Part shown: piece after piece, positions 8,979 to 19,070 of the stretch
Position numbering within the stretch: the stretch's first letter is position 1
Layout of the letters: every line of letters begins with the position of its first letter
Source: an uncultured Methylomirabilota bacterium
Lineage (GTDB): Bacteria; Methylomirabilota; Methylomirabilia; Methylomirabilales; 2-02-FULL-66-22
Direction of reading: 5' to 3'
DNA: 64,000 nt
Assembly: GCA_963705305.1 (NCBI GenBank)
Contig: OY970067.1
Span: 1,888,001-1,952,000 of the forward strand
Translations under genes and position numbers: made by a program
The notes under the pieces: model-generated
Seen by the model: the letters and a program-made list of their open reading frames with translations, nothing else
Told to the model about the DNA's origin: nothing
The model's database searches: none

Positions 8979-9335
8979 ATGAAAGTAATCCAGGTAGATA
9001 ACCTGAAGGTGATGCCTGATTCGCTGGGCCTTTTCTTTGGAACCGTAGAGAGACAACCTCTGGTCGAAAAGGGGACGGCGGGGCTTGTGGTCAGCATGGT
9101 CAAGTTCGGCCCTGGCGCCGGAAACAAGATGCACTCCCACACCGGCGAGCAGGTTCTGATCGTAACCGAGGGGAGGGGCATTGTGGCGACAGAGAAGGAA
9201 GAGCACACCGTCAGGCCGGGAATGGTCGTGTATATTCCCAAGAACGAGACGCACTGGCATGGGGCCACCAAGGACTCGTCGTTCGCGCACTTTTCCATCC
9301 AGACGCCCGGGGAAACCACGGTGAAAGGAGAGTAG
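8979..9335 (+). CDS. Cupin domain protein
   Basis: HSHTGEQ…V.EG.G and IP.NE.HWHGA cupin motifs. Confidence 0.88.
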   Translation: MKVIQVDNLKVMPDSLGLFFGTVERQPLVEKGTAGLVVSMVKFGPGAGNKMHSHTGEQVLIVTEGRGIVATEKEEHTVRPGMVVYIPKNETHWHGATKDSSFAHFSIQTPGETTVKGE

Positions 9336-9655
9336 GACCCCTCGCCGACGCTCACCCCGCTGCGGCTCCAGGGGCTGGCGTTAGGAGCCGGTTTGAATTA
9401 AGATTAGTGAATGATTGCCTCGGACTGGATTCTTCAGGGCAGCAGGAAGAGTACGGGTTACGCGGGGAGGAGAAGGGTTCTCTTGCCAAGCAGGCAAGGG
9501 GGAAAAGGGCATCCGCGAGGACAACCCGCCAAACTCCGGGAATTCCGGTAGGCCTCTATGATTACCTTGGACTTGAGTCCGTGGAGTAGGGGGAAGTCCT
9601 TTTTCCCGTGGGTCTGAAACGCCGCCAATCGATCCTGGGCTGAAAGGAGTCTCCG

Positions 9656-10694
9656 ATGAAAATGAAGGCCTTGATCAAGGAAACACCGCAGACGGGCGCC
9701 GTCCTCAGGGAAGTCGAGGTCCCCGGCATCCGGGACACCGAGGTCCTGGTGAAGGTGAAGCGAGCGGCCATTTGCGGGACGGATATCCACATTTATTTCT
9801 GGACCGCCTACGCTCAGCAGCGCCTGAAGCTCCCCATGATCTTTGGGCATGAGTTCTGTGGCGAGGTCGTCGAGGTGGGGAAGAACACCAAGCGCCTGAA
9901 GAAGGGCGACCTCGTGGCTGTGGAAACCCACATCCCCTGCGAGGTCTGCTTTCAGTGCAACACCGGACTGATGCACGTCTGCCGGGACATGAAGATCATC
10001 GGCGTGCACACGACCGGCACCTTCAGCGAGTATGCCGCCATCCCGGAGATATGCGCCTGGAAGCTCTCGCCCGCCACGTCCCCCGATATTGGCGCGGTCT
10101 ATGAACCCTTTGGAATCGGCGTCCACTCCTTGACCCGGCACAAGGTCGCGGGAAAGCGGGTCCTGATCACCGGGGCCGGCCCCATTGGCCTGTTCGCCCT
10201 CGCGGTGGCCAGGATGAGCGGCGCCATGAAGATCTTCTCGTCGGAACGTCAGCGAGGAACGGCTGGCGCTGGCCCGCCGGATGGGCGCGGACGTCGTCCT
10301 GAACCCCCAAAAGGTTGACGTGGTCAAGGAAATCATGAAGGCCACTGGAGAGTTCGGGGTGGACATCTTCGTGGAGCTTTCGGGCAACGGCGAAGCCTGC
10401 CAGACGGGCCTCAAAGCCCTGCGCCGAGGCGGCTCCGTGTCCCTGGTCGGGCTCTTCAACAATACCGTGGAACTCGATCTCGTGAATGACGTGATTTACA
10501 AGGAGGCGACGGTATACGGGATCACCGGCCGGACCATGTTCTCGACCTGGACCGAGGCGGCGGACATCCTCGACTCGGGCAACATCGACATCTCGCCCGT
10601 GCTCACCCATCATTTCCCCATGGAGGAGTTCGAAAAGGCCTTTGAAACGGCCCGCTCGGGCAAGTGCGGCAAGATCCTCTTTGACATCGGCTGA
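9656..10694 (+). pseudogene. Zn-dependent dehydrogenase (L-threonine 3-dehydrogenase-like) with a single +1 frameshift (real or sequencing error)
   Basis: ICGTD, GHEFCG, four-Cys structural Zn site, GAGPIG; removing one A at 10245-10246 gives SSDVSEERLALARRMGAD and joins the two ORFs. Confidence 0.8.
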
Positions 10695-11146
10695 GATACA
10701 AGCCGACCTGGCGGCCACCGCCAAACAGGATCTCGAGGCTGGCGAGGCCACCGACGGAGAGCCCAGGCCCGTCAAAGGGACGTAGTAGATTTAAGAGACC
10801 TATTTTCTTGGGCGCTGCTCGAAGACGTGGGTTGTGCCTCGTTGGCGTCGAGTACATGCCGATGCGAGGCCGCACGACTTCCTCGTGCGGTGGGGGCGAA
10901 AATCCATGAGGACGTGGCAGCATTAATTACATTGTTTGATGCTGGGCCGCGCCGCGCCTCCACCGCATGGCCGGCGGAAATCTCCCTCTCCGCCCGGGGG
11001 CGGGGACCGGTGGAGTCTCGGCGTTCGGAGAACAAGCTCCCGCTCGATGCCGGATGCGGCGAAGCCGGGAGTCCCCCCGGCCCGGCGGCGACTTGCGCCC
11101 GATCGAGGGGTCCGATCGATCACCCGATGTCGCTCCGTGGCGTGGG

Positions 11147-11677
11147 TCACGCCTGCCCCTGGAGCAGGAGCCGTGCGACGTCCGGGGTGATGGCGCGCGC
11201 CCGCTGGACCAGCTCGGCTTCGGTGAGGTTCGCTGTCGGATGCGGCATGGTGAGGAACCGGTAGTAGGGAAGCCCCCACTGTTCGGCCATGGCCCGCCCC
11301 GTCACCTCAAACGGGTCCGTCACGATCGCGGCCGAGGGCACGCCCGCCTTTTCCAACAAGATGCCGTCGAGCACACTGCCCGATGAGCACGACCCTCAGT
11401 CACCGATGCCCGCGACCATGAGGTCGCAGCTCCGGCGAAGCTCCGCGATGATCGCCTCATCCGCGGGCACGCTGGCGTTCTGCTTCCGCCACATGCGGGT
11501 CTCGGCCACCCCGTACTCCGCCTTCAGAATCTCCCCGATCTTTTGCAGCAGGCGGTCGGAGTTGAATTTCGTGTTGTCGATCAAGCCGACGCGCTTGCCC
11601 GCGAGGGATGCGGGTCGCGGCGCGTAGGCCACGGTCTGCGGGGCCGCTTCGAGAGTGGGATCGAGCAGTTCCATCAT
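11147..11677 (-). CDS. UGSC-type selenoprotein (thioredoxin-like U-x-x-C); UGA at 11396-11398 read as Sec
   Basis: The 93-aa and 75-aa ORFs are in frame across one TGA: …VAGIGD-U-GSCSSGSVLDGILLEKAGVP…; hairpin just downstream of the UGA. Confidence 0.85.
11367..11383 (-). promoter_or_regulatory. Putative bacterial SECIS element
   Basis: UCGGGCA-GUG-UGCUCGA forms a 7-bp stem with a G-first loop, 19 nt after the UGA. Confidence 0.6.
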
Positions 11678-12711
11678 TGTTTGACCTCCTTGGTCACCGC
11701 CTGGGAGGAGCGCCGGCTCCCCCAGCCAGGGACGTAGGCCGAAAAGGCGCCGGCCCGGCCGCCGGCCGCGATGACGAGAATATCGCCCGGGGATTCCACG
11801 AGCGGCCGCAGGCGCGTCTCGTCACCCGGCTTCACCGCCCCCGAGAGGCGGTGGGTCTGCTTGAGGTGGGCGAGCGAGTTCTGGGTGTGGTCGAAGATGA
11901 ACTGGCGGATCCGGGCCTTGGGCCACCCGTCCTGCGCAATCGTGCGCATATGCTCGCCGGCCAGGATGACCAGGTACTGGGGCTGGCCCACGACGTTCCC
12001 GGACACGCGCATATCGTCACACAGCGTCGCGAGGATCCCTTCCGCCGTGTTGGAGAGTTGGTTGTAGAATTGGTGCGGGGCCTCCGCCGCCATGACGCTG
12101 ACGGCGCTCTGATCGGGGCGGAAGCCGCGCTCAACGTGCAGCGGCGTCCACGGGCTGTCCGCCTCGTTTTCGGCGATGACGTACGAGAGCTTGCCCGGGT
12201 GCCCGAGCGTGCCCCGATCGAGCGCGCCCGGGCGGGACCCGCAGACGTTGCGCATGATCAGCCGCACCGCGCGCCCGATGGTGGCGTTGGCCCGCCAGCC
12301 CGGGCCGAACAGGTTATCGCCCGCGTTGATGTCGAGTTCCCGGGCGATCGGGCCGTTGACGACGATGAGGACGCCGGCACCCGCGGTGGACGTGCCGGGG
12401 CCGTGGTAGTTCCAGGCGGGCTCCCCGATCGCCTCGACGGCGGCCAGCACGACCGGCAGATATTCGGGTTTGCAGCCAGCCAGGACGGCGTTGATGGCGA
12501 CCTTCTCGGCCGTAATGGGGACAGCCCGATGGGCGATGTAGGCGACCTGGTGATCGGGGGCCAGCCGGACCGCCTCCAGCATGGCGTGGATTCGGTCCGG
12601 GGTGGGCGGGATGACGGGGAGTCCGTCCGTCCAGCCCTGGGCATGGCAGTATTCGATCGGGTCCGTCTCGTCGTCAATCACGTGACGCTTGGATGCCAGC
12701 GTTTCCGCCAT
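11674..12711 (-). CDS. Conserved hypothetical protein (GWTDGLPVIPPT family), partner of the UGSC protein
   Basis: Motifs GWTDGLPVIPPT, EKVAINAVLAGCKPEY, VVNGP, RANATIGRA, ENE..SPW; stop overlaps the selenoprotein start. Confidence 0.85.
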   Translation of the reverse strand: MAETLASKRHVIDDETDPIEYCHAQGWTDGLPVIPPTPDRIHAMLEAVRLAPDHQVAYIAHRAVPITAEKVAINAVLAGCKPEYLPVVLAAVEAIGEPAWNYHGPGTSTAGAGVLIVVNGPIARELDINAGDNLFGPGWRANATIGRAVRLIMRNVCGSRPGALDRGTLGHPGKLSYVIAENEADSPWTPLHVERGFRPDQSAVSVMAAEAPHQFYNQLSNTAEGILATLCDDMRVSGNVVGQPQYLVILAGEHMRTIAQDGWPKARIRQFIFDHTQNSLAHLKQTHRLSGAVKPGDETRLRPLVESPGDILVIAAGGRAGAFSAYVPGWGSRRSSQAVTKEVKQ

Positions 12712-12975
12712 CCGCCATCCTCCTGGCGCTGGGCCGGAGCCGGTTGGAAAGCGCCGGCGACGCTTGTCCCCTGGGCCTCGCGGCCGACGCCTCCAATCAC
12801 CGAGACAGCCAATGCCGTTACTATGCGGAATCTACCTTTGGTTGTCAATTGCATCTGTTCATCGAAGGAGAGGAAAGATCACTCATTGCATCATGAGATT
12901 AGTGGCGTTGTTGCCTATGTTAACCTACGCTTACCAAGCCGGCGAGGTCTCTTGAGCCTGGGCGCAGTGGAGCAA

Positions 12976-13005
12976 GGGAGAATCGGGGAATCGGCGAATC
13001 GGAGA
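12976..13005 (+). repeat. Short tandem octamer repeat GAATCGGN x3
   Basis: GAATCGGG GAATCGGC GAATCGGA. Confidence 0.5.
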
Positions 13006-13476
13006 GATGCAGCCGTGGGGGAGACCGGAGCTCGGCACGTGTGGCAGAACGCCGTGAGAAGGGTGGGGATCCGGCGGCGGCCAGCGGCCTATTGCACACC
13101 CTGCGCACGGGCCACCGCGAGGCGCCGCTGGTGGTTCCTGCGGAGGCATGCCTGGCTCCCCTGCGGTCTGCGGAATGCGGGACGTTGGAGCAGAGACAGC
13201 GTGTCGGATCCATGCCTGAACGGGACTCTCGAAGAGTCCGGGAGTTGACGGAAAAAGGGAACGCTGCTTCTAAGGGCGCTTGTTTCGCAGCGGCCTTGCG
13301 AGAATCATATCCGCCGACCGGGACGACGGACCGACGGGCCCGGTCGGTTCGCCCATATCACGGAAGACCCCTCCGCGCGGCGCGGCGCGCCGCGGAATCT
13401 GCCCGAGTTGGTGTCCGGGCGACCAGGTGCGGTGCGAGGTGACAGCGCGGTCCGATTATCGGCGGAGGGTCTTGAC

Positions 13477-13800
13477 CTACGCGAGAAGCCGGAGGCGCAT
13501 CAGCCGTTGCGCGAGCCGATAGATGTCCTCTCGGGATCCCTCGCGACGAGGTCCGACGGCGACCACGAGAACCTCTACCTGGGTCCGGCGCACCCGGTAG
13601 ATGATGCGGAATCGTTGGCCAGCGGCCCGCACGCTGCGGAAGCCTTTGAGTTCTCCGAGAAGCGACTTGCCTTGGAGCTCGGGATCGAGGGCGAGCCCGT
13701 CGATCCGCTCCCGAATTGTTTCCAGGGTGCGGCGATCTGTGATTGTCGCCAGCATGTTGCGGGCCGTCAAGGCTAGGCGGACGCGATATGGGCCCGGCAT
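13477..13800 (-). CDS. RelE/ParE family toxin
   Basis: GKSLLGELKGFRSVRAAGQRFRIIYRV…VVAVGPR; TGATG coupling to the antitoxin. Confidence 0.88.
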   Translation of the reverse strand: MPGPYRVRLALTARNMLATITDRRTLETIRERIDGLALDPELQGKSLLGELKGFRSVRAAGQRFRIIYRVRRTQVEVLVVAVGPRREGSREDIYRLAQRLMRLRLLA

Positions 13801-14075
13801 CACAGGTCCAGTTCCCGCTTCACCTTCTCCCACGGGATGGTCTTTCCGCTCCGCGCCTCCCTGACGCTTCGCCGCAGCGCTCGCATAGTCTCCTCATCTC
13901 CGAGGATCTCCAGGGTCTCTACCAGACTCTCGTAGAACTCCCACGGGAGCACCGCGAGCACGGGCTTTCCCCGCTTGGTCACGGTCACCGCGCTTCCCGC
14001 CGGGGGCTGGTTCAGCGCCTCGGCCAGCTCCAGCAATTGCGATCGAACCTGGGTGATGGACATCGTCTTGGTCAT
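13800..14075 (-). CDS. Phd/YefM family antitoxin
   Basis: RBS GGAGGAG; MSITQVRSQL…VTVTKRGKPVLAVL…YESLVETLEIL. Confidence 0.9.
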   Translation of the reverse strand: MTKTMSITQVRSQLLELAEALNQPPAGSAVTVTKRGKPVLAVLPWEFYESLVETLEILGDEETMRALRRSVREARSGKTIPWEKVKRELDL

Positions 14076-14091
14076 GGGCACTCCTCCACAC

Positions 14092-14130
14092 TGTGCACAT
14101 GAGTGTACATGCACCCGTCCTGGGTGTCAA
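14092..14130 (-). promoter_or_regulatory. sigma70 promoter with tandem palindromic operators of the phd-relE operon
   Basis: Minus strand TTGACA-17-TACACT; palindromes TGTACA (14104-14109) and TGTGCACA (14092-14099). Confidence 0.75.
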
Positions 14131-15119
14131 TCTCCGGCTCAGGCTCGGTCGTGTATCGAAGAGGACGTAGTTACCTTGATTACCTTAATTGCGACCAGCA
14201 TGCGGCCGCCTCAGCCTGTGGGTTGGGAGCCGTTGTTGACTCATCGGACGTGTCCATCGCGGGAAGGGGCCGGGAGGCATGCCGTGGAGACGCCGGGTAC
14301 AGGGGACACTGCAATTTCTGTCGTCTTCCGCAGAAAAGGCTATGGGACGGCTACGTGCCTCGTAGTGAGGGAGTGCACGGTCAGGGAGGACTCCGCCGCC
14401 TGCGCAGGAGGAATGAACGCGGCCAGGGGTGATGTGGACACAGGAGACTCAAGGCTTGAATCCCTGCGTGCCATTTGAGAGGAAAAATCAGAAACCTTCT
14501 GAGAACTGATCACGTGTATTTCCTCATGCGCGATTTTGATGCTTGGCGGTCAAAACTATCGGTAGGGGGCCGGGGAGAGCCGAATCTGCCAGTTGGGAGC
14601 CCGGCCCCAGCTCCGTGGGTGGCCGAGTAGCGCATTGCATGCTCGAGAGCGGCGAGGCCCGCGGAAACAATGAGGTGGCGCCGTCGCAAAAACGGGAGGC
14701 GCGCCCCGAATGGATTTGCGGGGCCTCTTTATAAGATGCCGCATCGTGGGTCGAGTCGTGTCCGCCCCTCATGCCCAAAACCCGGCATTGGCCAATATTT
14801 GACTCCATCCCCCTCGTGTGTCTTCCGTCACGCATTTCATTCCATTTAGTCAAAATGACATGTCACGAGTTTGGCGAGACTGCCACTATGGCATAAATGA
14901 TTCACACGAGACGACAAGCCACCCATCCACGAGCACCGGAAGCCCCTAAGTCCTTGGTAAGCTTCTGAATGGAGAGTGCTCGAAAATTTGGCAAGCCGCC
15001 TTCTTGGAACACCCGTTGCACTCGGACAGTCAACGTACCCCCGGATGCCAGGACCCAGAAGATCGGTGGTCGCCTGCATCGAAGGCGACCACAACGGCCC
15101 TTCATCAGGAGGCAACGGA

Positions 15120-15221
15120 ATGTTTGAGATCCTGTTCGTCGTGACGCTGTTTGGGGTCTTGTACCTGGACATCATTGAGTTTCTCGACAAGTGCGATTCT
15201 CCCCCAACATCGACCTTCTGA
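15120..15221 (+). CDS. Possible 33-aa small membrane protein
   Basis: AGGAGG RBS; MFEILFVVTLFGVLYLDIIEFLDKCDSPPTSTF. Confidence 0.35.
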   Translation: MFEILFVVTLFGVLYLDIIEFLDKCDSPPTSTF

Positions 15222-15579
15222 GGATCCGCCTGGAGTCCTCAGGCGCCTTTATGCGCCTGCCCTGCTGCCCTGGCCAAGGACTGTGATTGCAGCTTGCCTC
15301 GTCCCTCCCACGCCGCACCTGCTCCTGCTGAGGCACGCCCGTCTGCCGATCCAACGGGACGTAAGCTCAATTTCTGTGTATGATGGCGGCCTCCGCGCGC
15401 CTTGTTCCCGTCAGTGAGAGCGGAAGCCGGCGCGCTGTCGGATCGCATCCAGTCTCGCCCACTCCGTTGCAATGCCGGTCGTCCGGTTCGGGCATCCATG
15501 AACATCTCGCCTCGGAGATCTGCCGGCCCCGGCAGAAGGCCCTGGTCGTCGTTCGCCAGCCGGGGGCTGTCAGCCAGGG

Positions 15580-15680
15580 CTAGCCCACGGCAGCGAGAAA
15601 CCGATCGACCAGCTGATTGAGGACCCCGGCCCACTCGAAGTAGACCGAGTGGCCGACGTCCCAGACCTGCTCGACCTGAG
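15580..15680 (-). pseudogene. alpha/beta-hydrolase C-terminal remnant
   Basis: Minus strand reads …QVWDVGHSVYFEWAGVLNQLVDRFLAAVG*, resembling the catalytic-His end of alpha/beta hydrolases. Confidence 0.45.
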
Positions 15681-16267
15681 AAAAAGGTACCGGAAAGCTT
15701 TGGGGAGCGAAGTGCTTGAATTCCCGGAGCAGCGCTTTCAATTCTTGGCCAAGGATGGGCCCGGCGAGGATGCTGTGATGCCGCGCGCCCGGTACGCGGC
15801 CCTTGGAGCGGACTCCGGCAGTGGCCGGAGCAGACGAAAGACGGGACGCCAGGGCCGATCTCCGCGAGCCGCGCAGTGGCGCACCCGAAAGGCGTGATCA
15901 TCATGACCATGGTCGGATTCCCCTTTGTGCGCTTCGCCCCTTTGGAGGATAATACGTCGACTCACGAGGCCCGCCACTAGGGAGCGCTTGCCCGCTCGGG
16001 TGCGGCCTGAGCCGGACGGCTTGGGCAGTCCGCATTCCCCCCGTCCTCTCACTCCAGCTCCCGATGGCCGCCGGCGGTCTTCCCGTCCGCGGACAGGCTC
16101 GCGTGGGGCACTGACGTGCCTGTCCGGAGAGGCGCGGAATGGATTCGCCGACCAGTGCGGTGCGCGCCGGCGGAGCCGCCTCGGGCGGTCCGCTGCGCGC
16201 GAGGCAGCCTTTTCGCACACGTCATGAAGTCGCCGCAATCTCGGGGCGGCGACGGGAGGAAACCGCC

Positions 16268-17293
16268 ATGGAGCACGCACCCTTTGATTTCGCAACGCTC
16301 CCGTTCGCCTATCAGCGGACGGATGGGAACATCCGGTATTGGTTCCGGAATGGCGAGTGGTCGGCCGGAGAGCTGACGGCCGATGAGCACGTCCCTCTCC
16401 ATATTGCCGCCACGTGCCTGCACTACGGCCAGGAGATCTTCGAGGGCCTAAAGGTGTACCAGCGGCACGACGGCCGCCTCCAGACGTTCCGGCTGGTCGA
16501 GAACGCGCGCCGCTTCCAACGCTCTGCCCAGAAGCTCTTGATGCCGGCTGTCCCCGAAGGGCTGTTCCGCGACGCCGTGCACCGGGTCGTGCGCGCCAAC
16601 CGGCGGTTCGTCCCGCCGTATGGGAGCGGCGCCAGCCTGTATGTGCGCCCGCTCCTGCTCGGGACGGGTCCCGAGATCGGGGTGAAGCCGAGCACGGAGT
16701 ATCTGTTCCTAGTCCTCGTCACCCCCGTCGGGCCCTACTACAAGGGGGGTCTCACCCCGGTTCGCCTGCGGGTGGAGGAGGCGATCGACCGCGCCGCCCC
16801 GGGGGGCGTCGGGGACGTCAAGTGCGGGGGCAACTACGCCGCGGGGCTCCGGGCAACGGCGCCGCTCAAGGCGCAGGGCTACGCCGAGGTCCTGTACCTC
16901 GACTGCCGGGAGAAGAAGTACCTCGACGAGTCCGGCTCCTCGAACTTCTACGCCATCATCGGCTCCCGGTACGCCACACCGGCCAGCCCGTCCATCTTGC
17001 CCAGCATCACCAACGCGAGCGTCCGGCAGCTTGCCGCCGACCTGGGCCTCGTTGTCGAGCAGCGGCCGGTCGCGGTCGACGAGCTCCCGACTTTCACCGA
17101 GGCGGGGTGTCTGGGCACGGCCGCCGTCATCACCCCGGTGGAGGCCATCACCTATCGCGGCAAGGACTACACCTATCTGACGGACGGCCAGGCGGGGCCG
17201 ATCACCCGGCAGCTCTACACCCGCCTGACCGCCATCCAGTGGGGCGAGGCGCCCGACCCGTACGGCTGGGCGGAGATCATCCCCGAGGACTGA
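16268..17293 (+). CDS. ilvE: Branched-chain amino acid aminotransferase
   Basis: LHYGQEIFEGLK, LYVRP, KCGGNYA (PLP Lys), ILPSIT, GTAAVITP. Confidence 0.95.
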   Translation: MEHAPFDFATLPFAYQRTDGNIRYWFRNGEWSAGELTADEHVPLHIAATCLHYGQEIFEGLKVYQRHDGRLQTFRLVENARRFQRSAQKLLMPAVPEGLFRDAVHRVVRANRRFVPPYGSGASLYVRPLLLGTGPEIGVKPSTEYLFLVLVTPVGPYYKGGLTPVRLRVEEAIDRAAPGGVGDVKCGGNYAAGLRATAPLKAQGYAEVLYLDCREKKYLDESGSSNFYAIIGSRYATPASPSILPSITNASVRQLAADLGLVVEQRPVAVDELPTFTEAGCLGTAAVITPVEAITYRGKDYTYLTDGQAGPITRQLYTRLTAIQWGEAPDPYGWAEIIPED

Positions 17294-17817
17294 CACAGCG
17301 CCGGAGGCGTCGCGTGTAGTTGGGGACGCAACAAGTCTCGTGCGCTTGTGGAAGTGCTCCCCGACTACACGTTGCCCACGCCACCACTTCCCAGGGCATC
17401 CCGGCACACCTTGTCGCCTTCGGTCGCGTGCGCAGGAACTGCTCAGCAGGATGGCTAGACGATCTCCCAAATCCCGGCGGGGGCGATTTCTCATTTGACA
17501 TCACCCCCCCACGACCTGATATAGACCAGCTCTCGGCATCGGGACCAGCATCGGAGGAGAATGGAGGGTACTAGGCCAAGAACACGCCCGCCAATGTGGG
17601 GGGATACCGCCGAGGTGCCGGCGCCACCCCCGCCCCCTGGGGACATGAAGGGAGGGGCAATCGTGTAGCAATGATCCCAGCGTCAGGACATGTTCTCCCG
17701 CCAGTGGGACTTGACCCACAAAGACCATCAACCGTACGTTCGAGATCCGAAGATATTGCACAGCAAGCGGCGGCCCCTGAAACTCTGGTTCATCACGTAG
17801 AAAGGGGATGAGAAACC

Positions 17818-18858
17818 ATGCGAACCGTCAAGCTAACTCGCCTGACTCTGGCTGCGATTGCCGCTGTGCTTGTTGCTGCGGTGGCCGCTTCGGCAGGCCA
17901 GCCGCTCCTTTTGCGAGCGGGCTGCGGAGATCCGGGCGGGCAGTCCTCTCTGGCCACCACGGTGGGGAAATTCGCCGAGCTGGCAACCCAAAAGAGCAAG
18001 GGCGAGTTGAATGTCCAAGCTTTCTACCAATCCCTCGGAGCTGGCCCGGCTCTGACCCAGGCAGTCATCAGCGGGAGCGTGGACATCGGCACGGATGCGG
18101 CGGGCAGCCTGTCCCGCTTCACGGATGCGTTCCTCACTCTGGACCTGCCCTTCCTCTTCAAAAGCGATGCGGCCGTGCTGGACTTTTTCGACAAGGATCC
18201 CCACGGCAAGAAGATCATCGAGCAGTTCGAAAGGGAAGCGGGGGTGAAGGTCCTGATGCTTATCACCCACACGTCGACCTCGCCGATCAACGGAGCCAAC
18301 ATCTCGACCCGCAATAAGCTCCTGCGGGTACCGGCCGACATCAAGGGGCTCAAGCTGCGGACGATGACCACGCCGGTTGACCTCGCCCTGTTCAGGGCCT
18401 GGGGCGCCAATCCCACTCCCGTAGATTGGGGCCAGCTCTACTCCGCGGTGCAGCAGGGAGTGGTCGACGGCTCGACCGGCTCGACGCTCCCCGCCTACGC
18501 CTCGATCAAGCTGTACGAGGTCACGAAGTACTACCTCGCCTTGCCCTTCCGGAACTTCGTGCTGCCCTTGTACATGAATGCCAGCAAGTACAACTCGCTG
18601 ACCCCGGGTCAACAGCAGGTCCTGCATGACGCCGCAGAGGAGGCCAAGGCCTTCAACCGCAAGGATGCGGTGGAGTTCGTCGATCGGGCTCTGGAGGTTA
18701 CAAAGAAGGCAGGCGTGACGATTGTGTTCCCCACCCCGGCTGAATACGCGCAGTGGGCGTCGGTCCGCGAAAAGGTCTGGCAGGAGGTTGCCGAACAGTT
18801 CAAGGGGAAGATCGACCTGGACCTGGCCCGCGAGATCCAGAAGAACTACGGGCGTTAG
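17818..18858 (+). CDS. dctP: TRAP transporter substrate-binding protein
   Basis: Signal peptide, LDLPFLF, DIKGLKLR, WGANPTP…QQGVVDG. Confidence 0.9.
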   Translation: MRTVKLTRLTLAAIAAVLVAAVAASAGQPLLLRAGCGDPGGQSSLATTVGKFAELATQKSKGELNVQAFYQSLGAGPALTQAVISGSVDIGTDAAGSLSRFTDAFLTLDLPFLFKSDAAVLDFFDKDPHGKKIIEQFEREAGVKVLMLITHTSTSPINGANISTRNKLLRVPADIKGLKLRTMTTPVDLALFRAWGANPTPVDWGQLYSAVQQGVVDGSTGSTLPAYASIKLYEVTKYYLALPFRNFVLPLYMNASKYNSLTPGQQQVLHDAAEEAKAFNRKDAVEFVDRALEVTKKAGVTIVFPTPAEYAQWASVREKVWQEVAEQFKGKIDLDLAREIQKNYGR

Positions 18859-19070
18859 GCGAGGCTTGCCGCCCAGGCAATTTGGGGCTGCCGGTCCTCG
18901 TAGTGTCTCTTGCGTCACGCGTCGGGCAGCAGCTTCCCGGTGTGTCTTTCGATGGGACCCGAGCACATCGGAGGCGGGCCGCAGGCCCATCGGCTCGCTG
19001 GTCGGGCCTCCTCGTTGGTTAGAGCAATTTCGCGAGCATTTTCCGTTCGTTCGAAAGAGAAGGAGAGCGG

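Noticed and set aside
9381..9401. TAGGAGCCGGTTTGAATT resembling an IS5-type end
   Set aside because: Single short match with no partner end or transposase
13364..13473. Inverted repeat AAGACCC(C)TCCGC / GCGGAGGGTCTT downstream of relE
   Set aside because: Short and imperfect; cannot be told apart from chance or a terminator remnant
2300..14200. Integron cassette array or CRISPR array as an explanation for the TA-rich region
   Set aside because: No integrase, no recognisable attC sites and no regularly spaced identical repeats
14880..15010. Possible sigma54 promoters (TGGCA motifs)
   Set aside because: No correctly spaced TTGC at -12
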